In this document: positions 10,634 through 20,893 of the stretch, piece by piece
Layout of the letters: each line of letters opens with the position of its first letter
Numbering within the stretch: the first letter of the stretch is position 1
Assembly: GCA_964361075.1 (NCBI GenBank)
Contig: CAYHZL010000002.1
Span: 1-61,388, forward strand
Reading direction: 5' to 3'
DNA length: 61,388 bases
From: an uncultured Chitinophagaceae bacterium
GTDB lineage: Bacteria > Bacteroidota > Ignavibacteria > UBA10030 > UBA8401
The notes under the pieces: model-generated
Database searches by the model: none
What the model was told of the DNA's origin: nothing
Seen by the model: only the letters and a program-made list of their open reading frames with translations
Made by a program: the position numbers and the translations under genes

Positions 10634-10803
10634 GGTTGTTATCAAATTCAAACCATCCGATTGCTGTAAGCAAATGGATGACTGAGAAAGAAATTTTTAA
10701 AAACTATCTCAGCAAAATCATTTTCTTTGTTTCTAAAATGTTAACTCGCAACGATTGAATATGATGGGATAGAGAAAGCAAAGTTATAAGAGCATTTTTT
10801 TTA

Positions 10804-10990
10804 CAATCTGAAATTACGCAAAGAGGTCTTTTTAACCACAGATTATCACAGAAAAACACTGTTGACAATCTGTGAATATTCGTGTTTTTCTGTGTCATTT
10901 CACGAAGTGTCCCCAAGGGATCCCTTCGGGAATGGCTTCGCTCACGTGGTGAATGTTTTCTTCGTTGTTTTTTACAGGTAACATCAGTTA
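10804..10990. mobile_element. MITE-like shell with three-tier nested palindromes
   Basis: Right end GTAACATCAGTTA (10978-10990), degenerate left end; internal CACGAAGTG[TCCCCAAGGGATCCCTTCGGGA]ATGGCTTCGCTCAC. Confidence 0.55.
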
Positions 10991-11017
10991 CTATTTCAAA
11001 AATATTATTTCGAGTCA

Positions 11018-11269
11018 TTATTTATGCAGAAGAAAGTGAAGAAAAAATTGCTGACGCTCTATATCGCTTTGAAATTCATCATCGTGAATTTTTTCTTTCA
11101 TTATAGTTTCAACAGGCAACCGAAGAACATCATCCATAAATAATAAAAATTTTTGTAAAGACATTTCGTCTTTTGCAGACTCATTCAACCGATCTGTTTC
11201 TAAAGCACCCATCAATTCATATTGTTTTTTGAATGCCTTGTATTCCGCAATATTTTCAAATATTTTCAT
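11018..11269 (-). CDS. Small hypothetical protein
   Basis: 83-aa ATG-started ORF inside the direct-repeat-flanked segment. Confidence 0.5.
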   Translation of the reverse strand: MKIFENIAEYKAFKKQYELMGALETDRLNESAKDEMSLQKFLLFMDDVLRLPVETIMKEKIHDDEFQSDIERQQFFLHFLLHK

Positions 11270-11377
11270 ACGTAAGTATAAGCAATATACAATTCAGTTA
11301 TCTAACAGGCAAAATCGAAGATACATCCTTTCCGTTTTTTTGTTTATATTTGCTCTGTACAATTTATGGAGAATACA

Positions 11378-13033
11378 ATGCCCGCATCCCGCACAATCCG
11401 CGCTCCCCGCGGTTCAACACTTTCCTGCAAAGGTTGGCAGCAAGAAGCCGCACTCCGCATGTTGATGAACAATCTCGATCCTGATGTTGCTGAAAAACCG
11501 GACGAGCTAATTGTGTATGGCGGCACCGGTAAAGCCGCGCGCAACTGGAAATGCTTTGACGCGATTGTTCACAGTTTAAAAAATTTAGAGAATGATGAAA
11601 CATTGCTTGTGCAATCCGGCAAGCCTGTCGGAATTTTTCGCACACACAAACATGCGCCGCGTGTGTTGATTTCAAATTCAATGCTTGTGCCGAAGTGGGC
11701 AACGTGGGATGAGTTTCGCCGGCTTGAAGCGCTTGGCTTGACGATGTACGGACAAATGACAGCCGGCAGTTGGATTTATATCGGCACGCAAGGAATTTTG
11801 CAAGGCACTTACGAAACATTTGCCGAAGCCGCGCGTCAGCATTTCAGTGGCACCCTTGCAGGAAAATTTTTACTCACTGCCGGACTTGGCGGAATGGGCG
11901 GAGCGCAGCCGCTTGCCGCAACAATGAACGGTGCCGCATGTTTGGCAATCGAAGTTGATGAAGAGCGAATTGAAAAACGTATTGCAACAAAATATTTGGA
12001 TGTTGCATCAAACAATCTCGAAGATGCACTTGCGATGATTCGTACAGCAAAGGAACACAAGCAATCTCTTTCTGTTGGATTGTTAGGTAATGCGGCAGAA
12101 CTTCTTCCAAAAATTGCGCACGGGAAATTTCTTCCCGATATCGTTACCGATCAAACATCTGCGCACGATACACTCAACGGATATGTTCCTTCAGGAATGT
12201 TATATAAAAAAGCGCTCGTGCTTCGAAAAAAAAATCCGAAAAAATATATTGAACTTGCACGCACATCAATTGCCGAGCATGTACAAGGAATGTTGTTGCT
12301 GAAAAAGAAAGGCGCGATAGTTTTCGATTATGGAAATAATATTCGCGGTGAAGCATTATCGTACGGCGTGAAGAATGCATTCGATATTCCCGGATTTGTG
12401 CCGGAATATATTCGCCCGCTCTTTTGCGATGGCAAAGGACCGTTTCGCTGGGTTGCTCTTTCAGGTGATCCGAAAGATATTTATCGAACCGACCGTGCTA
12501 TGATGGAAACATTTTCTGATAATAAGCAGCTTTGTAATTGGATCGAGAAAGCGCAGAAGCATGTAGCATTTCAAGGATTGCCTGCGCGCATTTGTTGGTT
12601 AGGATACGGCGAACGCGCGAAGATGGGAAAAATTTTCAATGAACTCGTACGCTACGGCGAAGTGAAAGCGCCGATTGTGATCGGTCGCGATCATCTTGAT
12701 TGCGGCAGTGTTGCATCGCCAAATCGCGAAACAGAAAAAATGAAAGATGGCAGCGATGCAATTGCCGACTGGCCTATTCTTGGAGCGATGTTAAATTCCG
12801 TTGGTGGTGCAAGTTGGGTGAGTGTTCATCACGGCGGCGGTGTCGGTATCGGAAATTCAATTCACAATGGAATGGTGATCGTGTGTGATGGTTCGAAAGA
12901 AGCGGATGCGCGGCTTGAACGCGTGCTGAATTATGATCCGGGCATGGGCATCATTCGACATGCAGACGCCGGATATGAACGCGCAATGAAAAATGCAAAA
13001 AAATTTTCAATTTCAGTTCCGATGAAAAGGTAA
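11378..13033 (+). CDS. hutU: Urocanate hydratase
   Basis: [57 protein letters not shown]. Confidence 0.98.
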   Translation: MPASRTIRAPRGSTLSCKGWQQEAALRMLMNNLDPDVAEKPDELIVYGGTGKAARNWKCFDAIVHSLKNLENDETLLVQSGKPVGIFRTHKHAPRVLISNSMLVPKWATWDEFRRLEALGLTMYGQMTAGSWIYIGTQGILQGTYETFAEAARQHFSGTLAGKFLLTAGLGGMGGAQPLAATMNGAACLAIEVDEERIEKRIATKYLDVASNNLEDALAMIRTAKEHKQSLSVGLLGNAAELLPKIAHGKFLPDIVTDQTSAHDTLNGYVPSGMLYKKALVLRKKNPKKYIELARTSIAEHVQGMLLLKKKGAIVFDYGNNIRGEALSYGVKNAFDIPGFVPEYIRPLFCDGKGPFRWVALSGDPKDIYRTDRAMMETFSDNKQLCNWIEKAQKHVAFQGLPARICWLGYGERAKMGKIFNELVRYGEVKAPIVIGRDHLDCGSVASPNRETEKMKDGSDAIADWPILGAMLNSVGGASWVSVHHGGGVGIGNSIHNGMVIVCDGSKEADARLERVLNYDPGMGIIRHADAGYERAMKNAKKFSISVPMKR

Positions 13034-13470
13034 ATCCACAAAGTTCACGAAGGGACACGAAAAAAATATTTAAAATTCGTATTATTAACTGATGTTACAC
13101 AGAAAAAATAACTGCCTAACAAAGTAATGCCGTCATGCCCGAATGCCTTAGTCGGGCATCCATTATATAGATTCCCGCTTAAAACGTGCGGGAATGACGA
13201 TTGGTTTTTGGCTTTTGCGTAACATCAGTTACTTAAAAGCGACAGGATGTAAAGTCGGTGTGTTGATAAATTTTGGAAGTAGTAAAAAATTAGAATGGAA
13301 GCGATATATTTATTAATCCACGAAGTACGCGAAGATACACGAAAAATAAATAAAGGGTTGTTCCAATCCGCCGCGGCGGACAAAAATATTTCTTCTAAAA
13401 TTATGGAGATGTCAGACATCTTGATAAAATTAATCCACGAATTACACGAAGAGGCACGAAAAAATCTATA
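13032..13470. repeat. Dispersed (A/T)ATCCAC(A/G)AA-N-CACGAA-N-CACGAA repeats (about 13033, 13314, 13431; also 18141)
   Basis: Three related copies between hutU and hutI, and one after the formiminotransferase gene. Confidence 0.6.
13086..13231. mobile_element. MITE-like element, terminal inverted repeat TAACTGATGTTAC, carrying a GTCAT-type REP doublet
   Basis: Perfect 13-bp inverted repeat at 13086-13098 and 13219-13231. Confidence 0.7.
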
Positions 13471-13514
13471 AAAATATTCGTGCCACCTCGTGTTCTTTGT
13501 GGAACAAAAAAATT

Positions 13515-14753
13515 ATGAATCTTATAATTAAAAATATTTCTCAGCTTGTAACGGTTGCGTCACACGGCAAACAATTCAAAGTCGGTAATGAAATGCGTGA
13601 GTTGCACGTGATTGAAAATGCTGCTGTGCTGATCGAGAATGGAATCATTCAACAGATTGGAAAGAGCGATGAAATTTCTGCAAGCGATGAAATTGATGTG
13701 CTTGATGCCGACGGTCGTGTTGCATTGCCGGGTTTTGTTGATTCGCACACGCACGCAGTGTTTGCAGGTTCGCGCGAGAACGAATTTGCAATGCGTGCCG
13801 AAGGGAAAGCGTATCAGGAAATTGCGGAAGCAGGCGGCGGCATTCTTTCTACGATGAATGCAACGCGCGCAGCAACAAAAAAAGAATTATTGAAACTTGC
13901 CAATGCGCGATTAAACGAAATGATGAAACATGGCACAACGACAGCCGAGATAAAATCCGGTTATGGTCTTTCACCCGAAGCAGAAATGAAAATGCTCGAA
14001 GTTATCGCCGAGCTGAAACGAGATCATTATGTAAGTGTTGTGTCGACATTTCTTGGAGCGCACGCTTTCCCTCCGGAATACAAAGAACGAAAAAATGACT
14101 ATGTTGAATTGATTTGCAACTACATGCTGCCGCATATTGCCGAGCGTGGTCTTGCAACTTTCTGCGATGTATTTTGCGAGCAAGGATATTTCGATCTTCA
14201 TCAAACAGAAAAAATTTTATTGGAAGCCAAGCATCACGGATTAATTCCGAAATTACATGCGGATCAACTTACGGCAACCGGTGCAACAGTACTCGGAGCG
14301 CGGTTGAATGCAATTTCAGTTGACCATCTTGAAATGCTGAATGATGATGGTATAGCCGCGCTTAAAAAATCTTCGACTATTGCAACAGTGCTTCCGGCAT
14401 CGTCGTTCTTTTTGAATCACACACATGCGCCCGCACGAAAAATTATTGATGCGGGAATTCCGCTTGCGATGGCAACAGATTTTAATCCCGGCAGCGCGAT
14501 GAATTTTTCCATGCCGATGGCAATGACTATTGCCTGCGCACAGATGCAGATGACACCCGAAGAAGCAATTACGGCGGCAACGCTCAACGGCGCGGCGGCG
14601 CTCGGTCTTTCGCACGAAGTAGGAAGTATTGAAGTGGGGAAGCAAGCGGATATTATTTTGTATTCTGTGCCGAACTATCGCATGATTCCGTACCACTTCG
14701 GAATAAATCATGTCTGGAAAATTGTGAAGAACGGCGTGCAATTGGATTTTTAG
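13515..14753 (+). CDS. hutI: Imidazolonepropionase
   Basis: PGFVDSHTH, EIKSGYGL, DVFCE, HADQL, ATDFNPG. Confidence 0.97.
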   Translation: MNLIIKNISQLVTVASHGKQFKVGNEMRELHVIENAAVLIENGIIQQIGKSDEISASDEIDVLDADGRVALPGFVDSHTHAVFAGSRENEFAMRAEGKAYQEIAEAGGGILSTMNATRAATKKELLKLANARLNEMMKHGTTTAEIKSGYGLSPEAEMKMLEVIAELKRDHYVSVVSTFLGAHAFPPEYKERKNDYVELICNYMLPHIAERGLATFCDVFCEQGYFDLHQTEKILLEAKHHGLIPKLHADQLTATGATVLGARLNAISVDHLEMLNDDGIAALKKSSTIATVLPASSFFLNHTHAPARKIIDAGIPLAMATDFNPGSAMNFSMPMAMTIACAQMQMTPEEAITAATLNGAAALGLSHEVGSIEVGKQADIILYSVPNYRMIPYHFGINHVWKIVKNGVQLDF

Positions 14754-14778
14754 ATACAGTTTTGTACTTTGATTTAGA

Positions 14779-15081
14779 ATGTTACAAATAGATTTACATA
14801 TTGAACACGAAAAAATTTCGTTGATTTGCAAAAAATATCACGTCCAAAAACTCTCTGTTTTTGGATCGGTTCTTTATGGCGAAGATACTTCTTCAAGCGA
14901 TATTGATCTTCTTGTAGAATTTGAACAGGGACATACACCGGGATTTTCTTTCATCTCGCTCCAAGATGAACTTTCAATCGTATTTCAACGCCCCGTAGAT
15001 TTGCACACACCTCAGAGTCTCAGCAAATATTTTCGCAGTTCGGTTGCCAAAGAAGCTCAAGCACTTTATGGAACTACGTAA
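14779..15081 (+). CDS. MNT minimal nucleotidyltransferase antitoxin (MntA-like)
   Basis: VFGSVL...SDIDLLVEF. Confidence 0.9.
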   Translation: MLQIDLHIEHEKISLICKKYHVQKLSVFGSVLYGEDTSSSDIDLLVEFEQGHTPGFSFISLQDELSIVFQRPVDLHTPQSLSKYFRSSVAKEAQALYGTT

Positions 15082-15433
15082 GAAAGATGCAATCCGCATT
15101 CAACACATGATTGATGCGTGTTTAAAAACGCAACAATTCATTTCTCACAAAACCCGCACCGATCTTGATAAGGATGAACAATTATCATATGCGCTTGTTC
15201 GATTGATTGAGATTATTGGTGAAGCGGCAGTAAAGGTAACGCCGGAGACAAAAGAACGATATTCTTCAATTGTCTGGAAAGATATTATCGGTACACGCAA
15301 TCGTCTTATTCATGGGTACGATGATGTCAATCTTGATATCGTTTGGCAGATCGTTAGTGTTGATATCGAAGAACTTGTTGCTCAGTTACAAGAAATTTTG
15401 AAAGAGTTAAACATTCGGCAGCAATTGTTTTAA
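15068..15433 (+). CDS. HEPN/DUF86 ribonuclease toxin (HepT-like)
   Basis: EIIGEAA...W..IIGTRNRLIHGY (RxxxxH). Confidence 0.9.
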   Translation: MELRKKDAIRIQHMIDACLKTQQFISHKTRTDLDKDEQLSYALVRLIEIIGEAAVKVTPETKERYSSIVWKDIIGTRNRLIHGYDDVNLDIVWQIVSVDIEELVAQLQEILKELNIRQQLF

Positions 15434-15438
15434 GTTTA

Positions 15439-15467
15439 TGAAGAACGGCATGCTGTTGGATTTTTGA
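15439..15467 (+). repeat. Diverged duplicate of the hutI 3' end (cf. 14725-14753)
   Basis: TGAAGAACGGC(G/A)TGC(AA/TG)TTGGATTTTT, 24/27 identical; KNGVQLDF* versus KNGMLLDF*. Confidence 0.8.
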
Positions 15468-15499
15468 TTAGATTAATTAAAATTTATTAGGGAGGAAAA

Positions 15500-16324
15500 A
15501 TGAAATTTGATGAAATAGGATACTGGTCAGAGATAAAGTTAGATATTGTAAAAGAATACGCTCAAGCGTACTCAACAATAATATCGGCAAGGCAAAATCC
15601 TTCATTTTATCACTTGTATATTGACGCTTTTGCTGGTGCCGGTGTACATTTTTCTAAAACAAAAGGGGAATATGTACCAGGTAGTCCAATAAATGCACTC
15701 AATGTAAATCCTCAATTTAAAGAATATCATTTGATTGATTTGGACGGAAAAAAAATTTCTTTTTTAAAAGAAGCAACTTCGGATTATGAAAATGTTAAAA
15801 TTTACAATGGTGATTGCAATGAAATATTATTAAAAGAAATTTTTCCATATTGTAAATATCAAAATTACAAAAGAGCATTGTGTCTTTTAGACCCTTATGG
15901 TCTTCACTTGAATTGGAATGTAATATTTGAAGCGGGAAAGATGGAAAGTATAGAGATTTTTTTAAATTTTCCTGTTGCAGATATGAACAGAAATATACTT
16001 TGGAATAATCCTGATGGTGTTGAAGAATCACAAATTATAAGGATGAACAGTTTTTGGGGAGATGAATCTTGGCGTGATGCTTCGTATGGAACTCAGGATA
16101 ACCTTTTTGGGTTTGTAGAAAAAACAAATAATGATGCAATTGCGAAGGCGTTTCAGCAAAGATTGAAAGACGTTGCAGGCTTTAAATATGTCCCAGATCC
16201 CATTCCAATGAGAAACAGAAACGGTGCGATAGTTTATTATCTATTCTTTGCCTCTCAAAATACGACAGGTGCAAAAATCGTAAGTCAAATTTTTGATAAA
16301 TACAAAAATAAAGGCAAAAAATAA
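15500..16324 (+). CDS. tcmP: Three-Cys-motif partner protein TcmP (methyltransferase-like fold)
   Basis: WSEIKL, YIDAFAGAG, GSP, GDCN, LLDPYG; adjacent to DUF5131. Confidence 0.85.
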   Translation: MKFDEIGYWSEIKLDIVKEYAQAYSTIISARQNPSFYHLYIDAFAGAGVHFSKTKGEYVPGSPINALNVNPQFKEYHLIDLDGKKISFLKEATSDYENVKIYNGDCNEILLKEIFPYCKYQNYKRALCLLDPYGLHLNWNVIFEAGKMESIEIFLNFPVADMNRNILWNNPDGVEESQIIRMNSFWGDESWRDASYGTQDNLFGFVEKTNNDAIAKAFQQRLKDVAGFKYVPDPIPMRNRNGAIVYYLFFASQNTTGAKIVSQIFDKYKNKGKK

Positions 16325-17058
16325 TGGCAACCAAATCACATATCGAATGGACAGAAATGACTTGGAATCCGGTAACCGGTTGTTCCAAAGTCAGTGCTGG
16401 ATGTAAATTTTGTTATGCCGAACGAATGGCAAAACGATTGAAAGCGATGGGTGTGAAAAGATATGAAGATGGATTTAAGGTTACTCTTCAACCGGACATA
16501 CTTGGTGTTCCATTAAAATGGAAAGAACCAAAAATGATATTCGTGAATTCCATGAGCGATCTATTTCATGAAAAAATTCCGACAGAGTATATCAAAAAAG
16601 TTTTTGAAATAATGGTGAAGTCTCCTCAGCACACATACCAAATTTTAACAAAACGAAGTGAACGGTTAAAAGAAATTGCGAACGAATTACCGTGGGCTGA
16701 AAATATTTGGATGGGTGTGAGTGTTGAAGATGATCGAGTCGTACATCGCATTCATGACTTGCAATCTGTTCCCGCGAAAGTCAGATTTCTTTCGTGTGAA
16801 CCGCTTATTGGTCCATTAGACAAACTTCCACTAAAAGGAATTCATTGGATTATTGTCGGTGGCGAGTCAGGTCCGAAAGCGCGTAGTATGGAAAAAGATT
16901 GGGTTGTTTCTATTTTTAGACAATGTAGAAAAAATTCGGTTCCATTCTTTTTTAAACAATGGGGCGGCGTCAGAAAAGATTTAACGGGAAGAGAATTGAA
17001 TCGTACGACATACAGCGAAATGCCAATTAAGGATACTCATAAAAACAGAGCGGCATAA
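16324..17058 (+). CDS. DUF5131 / phage Gp37-Gp68 family radical-SAM-like protein
   Basis: IEWT..TWNPVTGCSKVSAGCKFCYAE, FVNSMSDLFH, LTKR, SCEPL, GGESG, FFFKQWGG. Confidence 0.92.
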   Translation: MATKSHIEWTEMTWNPVTGCSKVSAGCKFCYAERMAKRLKAMGVKRYEDGFKVTLQPDILGVPLKWKEPKMIFVNSMSDLFHEKIPTEYIKKVFEIMVKSPQHTYQILTKRSERLKEIANELPWAENIWMGVSVEDDRVVHRIHDLQSVPAKVRFLSCEPLIGPLDKLPLKGIHWIIVGGESGPKARSMEKDWVVSIFRQCRKNSVPFFFKQWGGVRKDLTGRELNRTTYSEMPIKDTHKNRAA

Positions 17059-17101
17059 CAAACCCATCATCTTATTTGCTCATCACATTCCAAAAAAAAT
17101 A

Positions 17102-18133
17102 ATGAATAAAATTGTCGAGTGCGTTCCAAATTTTAGTGAAGGGAACAATGAAACAACAATCGAAGCGATTGCATCGAGCATTCGCAATGTTGCAGGTGTG
17201 AAATTATTGAATGTTGAACCGGACAAAGATTACAATCGCACGGTGGTAACATTTGTTGGCGAACCGAATGCTGTGGTGCACGCGGCATTTGCTGTAACAA
17301 AATCTGCTGCTGAACACATTGACATGCGTACGCACAAGGGTGAACATCCGCGCATCGGTGCAACAGATGTTGTTCCGTTCATTCCCGTTTCCGGAGTAAC
17401 GATGGAAGATTGTGTACGGTTGGCGAATGAATACGGCAAACGTGTTGCTGAAGAATTGCATATTCCAATTTATTTGTACGAATCAGCAGCGCGATTTGCA
17501 GAGAGAAAAAATCTTGCTGATGTTCGTAAAGGTGAGTATGAAGGACTTGAAGAAAAGCTTCGCGATCCGAAATGGAAACCGGATTACGGCGCGGCGGAAT
17601 TCAATGCAAAATCCGGCGCGACAATTACCGGTGCGCGAAAATTTTTGATTGCCTACAATGTGAATTTAACGACTGTCGATTTTGAAATTGCGCAAGAGAT
17701 TGCACTGCGGATTCGTGAAAGCGGTCGTGTGAAAAAAGATGCGTTGGGTGTAACGGTGAAGAATGAAAAAGGAGAATCAATAAAAATTCCAGGCACACTG
17801 AAAGCAATAAAAGCGATGGGCGTGTTTGTTGAACGCTACCACATTTCGCAAGTGTCAATCAATCTTGTTGATTATGAAACAACACCGATACACATTGCAT
17901 TTGAAGAAGTGAAAAAGCAAGCGCAGTCGCTCGATGTTGAAGTAACCGGAAGTGAGATAGTCGGACTTGTTCCGCTGCAAGCAATGTTGATGGCAGGAAA
18001 ATTTTATTCAGAAAAGGAAAAACGAACCATACTTTCGGAAGAAGAACTTGTTGCGCTGGCAATTAAAAAACTTGGATTGAGTCAGCTTGATGCGTTCAAT
18101 CCGAAAAAGAAAATTATCGAATATCAGTTGTAA
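17102..18133 (+). CDS. ftcD: Glutamate formimidoyltransferase
   Basis: VECVPNFSEG, NRTVVT, HKGEHPRIGATDVVPF. Confidence 0.95.
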   Translation: MNKIVECVPNFSEGNNETTIEAIASSIRNVAGVKLLNVEPDKDYNRTVVTFVGEPNAVVHAAFAVTKSAAEHIDMRTHKGEHPRIGATDVVPFIPVSGVTMEDCVRLANEYGKRVAEELHIPIYLYESAARFAERKNLADVRKGEYEGLEEKLRDPKWKPDYGAAEFNAKSGATITGARKFLIAYNVNLTTVDFEIAQEIALRIRESGRVKKDALGVTVKNEKGESIKIPGTLKAIKAMGVFVERYHISQVSINLVDYETTPIHIAFEEVKKQAQSLDVEVTGSEIVGLVPLQAMLMAGKFYSEKEKRTILSEEELVALAIKKLGLSQLDAFNPKKKIIEYQL

Positions 18134-18224
18134 TTTTTCCTTCCACAAAGTTCACGAAGTCACACGAATGTTTTTGAAATTATTTTCATGATAGTTGTAA
18201 ATTTATCAAATTAATAATAAAAAT

Positions 18225-18854
18225 ATGCTCACATCAAAATCAGTTTCCGGATTTCTTGACGAACTTGCTTCCAATTCTCCAGCTCCCGGCGGCGGAAGCG
18301 TTGCCGCACTTGCCGGTGCGCTCGGCACGGCACTCACATCAATGGTGTGCAGATTAACGATCGGCAAAAAAAAATACGCCGATGTGCAAAACGAAATGGA
18401 AAATGTTCTCGTGCAATCAGAAAAACTTCGCTCATCACTTACAACACTGATTGATGACGATACGGAAGCATTCAACAAAGTTCTGCGTGCCTTCGCGTTA
18501 CCAAAGGATATTGATGAACAAATTGCACAACGTCTGAATGCAATTCAAGATTCAACAAAAGAAGCGGCACGCATTCCATTGAAAGTGATGCAACTGTGCG
18601 AACAGGCAATAGGGTTGACAAAAATTGTTGCAGAAAAAGGAAATGTAAATTCCATTACCGATGCCGGTGTTGCCGCACTTGTCATTTATGCCGCGTATAA
18701 AGGTGCGCAATTGAATGTGCAAATAAATCTTGGTTCAATTAAAGATCAGAATTTTGTTCGGGAAGTTTCGGAAGAAATGAATACAAGTGCAGCAGTTGTA
18801 GAAAAAGTAAGCATAGAAATTTTGGATATTGTAAAAAGGAAGATACTGAAGTAA
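18225..18854 (+). CDS. Formimidoyltetrahydrofolate cyclodeaminase / cyclohydrolase
   Basis: ASNSPAPGGGSVAALAGA, LIDDDTEAF, GNVNSITDAGV. Confidence 0.92.
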   Translation: MLTSKSVSGFLDELASNSPAPGGGSVAALAGALGTALTSMVCRLTIGKKKYADVQNEMENVLVQSEKLRSSLTTLIDDDTEAFNKVLRAFALPKDIDEQIAQRLNAIQDSTKEAARIPLKVMQLCEQAIGLTKIVAEKGNVNSITDAGVAALVIYAAYKGAQLNVQINLGSIKDQNFVREVSEEMNTSAAVVEKVSIEILDIVKRKILK

Positions 18855-18874
18855 AGTTGAGCAAAATCCTTACC

Positions 18875-18903
18875 TTGCACTTCCTTCATTATTCTTGTAT
18901 CTT
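18875..18903 (+). promoter_or_regulatory. Sigma70-like promoter for lepA
   Basis: TTGCAC-17-TATCTT. Confidence 0.55.
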
Positions 18904-18950
18904 GATTATAGAATTTTGCCCACCACTCGATCGGCGGGCATTTTATTTTC

Positions 18951-19021
18951 AAGGATGAGAAATGAAATATGAAATATGAAGGATGAAAATGGTATTCATA
19001 ATTCATCCTTCACAATTCATT
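18951..19021. repeat. Heptamer repeats (A/G)GATGAA-like followed by inverted TTCAT copies
   Basis: Same family as 28472-28626. Confidence 0.6.
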
Positions 19022-19057
19022 TTTTTTGTTTACATGGTAGTAGTATAAACACAGTTC

Positions 19058-20863
19058 ATGAATTACATTCGCAATTTCTGCATCATCGCTCACATAGACC
19101 ACGGCAAATCTACACTTGCTGATCGTTTGTTGGAATACACCGGCGTTATCTCCGAACGCGACCTTCACACACACCAAGTTCTGGACGATATGGATTTGGA
19201 ACAAGAGCGCGGTATTACCATCAAACTTCACGCAATTCAGATGAAGTATAAAGCAAAAGATAAACAAACCTACACACTCAATTTAATAGACACGCCGGGT
19301 CATGTCGATTTTACGTATGAAGTATCCCGCTCACTCGCTGCGTGCGAGGGAGCAATTTTAGTTGTTGATGCATCGCAAGGTGTAGAAGCGCAGACAATTT
19401 CCAATTTGTATTTGGCAATTGATGCGGGCTTGGAAATTATTCCTGTATTAAACAAAATTGATTTGCCTTCCGCCGTAACAATGATTGATACGGTGAAACA
19501 CGAAGTGATTAATCTTCTTGGATGTAAAGAAGAAGAACTCATTATGGCAAGCGCGAAAGCAAAAATCGGCATCGAAGAAATTCTGGAAGCTGTGGTGTCG
19601 CGCATTTCCGAACCGAAAGCCGACACAACAAAACCGTTGCGTGCGTTAATTTTTGATTCTGTGTTCGATGCGTATCGCGGTTCGATTACCTACATCCGTG
19701 TAATGGACGGTGTGCTGCGTGAAAAAGATAAAATAAAATTTTTGCACAACGGCAATGCTGCAGAAGCGGAAGAAGTCGGCAACCTGTTGATGAAGCGCAG
19801 CCGCACCGGTGAACTGTTTGCCGGCGATGTGGGATATTTAATTGCGGGATTAAAAGATGTGCGCGATACAAAAGTCGGCGACACCATCACCACGCAATAC
19901 AACGGCGCAACCGAACCGCTTCCCGGCTACAAAGTTGTGAAGCCGATGGTGTTCAGCGGTTTGTATCCAACAAACGCCGACGATTTTTCTGAACTTCGTG
20001 AGTCGTTGGAAAAATTAGCGTTGAATGATTCATCGCTGATGTTTGTTCCCGAAACATCAAATGCGCTCGGTTTCGGTTTCCGCTGCGGATTTCTTGGACT
20101 GCTTCACATGGAAATTGTTCAGGAGCGATTAGAGCGCGAGTATAATCAGAAACTGATTACTACCGTTCCGAACGTTGAACTACGTGTCATAAAAATGGAT
20201 GGTGAAGTTGAACTGGTAGATAATCCATCTGAACTTCCGAACGCCGGATTGATAGACTACATCGAAGAACCGTACATCAAAGCGCAGATTATTACACCGA
20301 CGGAATACATCGGTAATATTATGAAACTGTGTATAGATCGCCGCGGTATTTGGAAAGATACAAATTACCTTGACCCGACACGCGCGGATGTTTCGTACGA
20401 GTTTCCTCTTTCTGAAATTATTTTTGATTTTTACGATAAACTGAAATCACTCACGCGCGGCTACGCATCGCTCGATTATGAATACATCGATTATCGCCAA
20501 TCCAATTTGGTGAAGCTTGATATTATGTTGAATGCCGAAGTGGTCGATGCGCTTTCCACAATTGTGCACCGCGATAAAGCATTCGAGATGGGAAAAAAAC
20601 TGTGCGGCAAACTGAAAAAACTTATTCCGCGCCACATGTTTGAAATTGCAATTCAAGCGGCAATCGGCAGCAAAGTGATTGCGCGCGATACAGTGAAAGC
20701 AATGCGGAAAAATGTTTTGGCAAAATGTTACGGCGGCGATATTTCGAGAAAAAGAAAACTTCTAGAGAAACAAAAAGAAGGAAAGAAACGTATGAAACAA
20801 GTCGGCGCAGTTGAACTTCCACAAGAAGCATTTCTTGCTGTGCTTTCGATGGGAGATGAATAA
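19058..20863 (+). CDS. lepA: Translation elongation factor 4
   Basis: [49 protein letters not shown]. Confidence 0.99.
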   Translation: MNYIRNFCIIAHIDHGKSTLADRLLEYTGVISERDLHTHQVLDDMDLEQERGITIKLHAIQMKYKAKDKQTYTLNLIDTPGHVDFTYEVSRSLAACEGAILVVDASQGVEAQTISNLYLAIDAGLEIIPVLNKIDLPSAVTMIDTVKHEVINLLGCKEEELIMASAKAKIGIEEILEAVVSRISEPKADTTKPLRALIFDSVFDAYRGSITYIRVMDGVLREKDKIKFLHNGNAAEAEEVGNLLMKRSRTGELFAGDVGYLIAGLKDVRDTKVGDTITTQYNGATEPLPGYKVVKPMVFSGLYPTNADDFSELRESLEKLALNDSSLMFVPETSNALGFGFRCGFLGLLHMEIVQERLEREYNQKLITTVPNVELRVIKMDGEVELVDNPSELPNAGLIDYIEEPYIKAQIITPTEYIGNIMKLCIDRRGIWKDTNYLDPTRADVSYEFPLSEIIFDFYDKLKSLTRGYASLDYEYIDYRQSNLVKLDIMLNAEVVDALSTIVHRDKAFEMGKKLCGKLKKLIPRHMFEIAIQAAIGSKVIARDTVKAMRKNVLAKCYGGDISRKRKLLEKQKEGKKRMKQVGAVELPQEAFLAVLSMGDE

Positions 20864-20893
20864 ACAATTCCACATTATTAGTGGTGATAAAAA

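Larger units (their letters stand above)
10009..11320. repeat. 31-bp direct repeat (10009-10039 and 11290-11320) flanking hicBA plus a hypothetical gene
   Basis: CAATTC(G/A)GTTATCTAACAGGCAAAATCGAAG, 30/31 identical. Confidence 0.85.
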
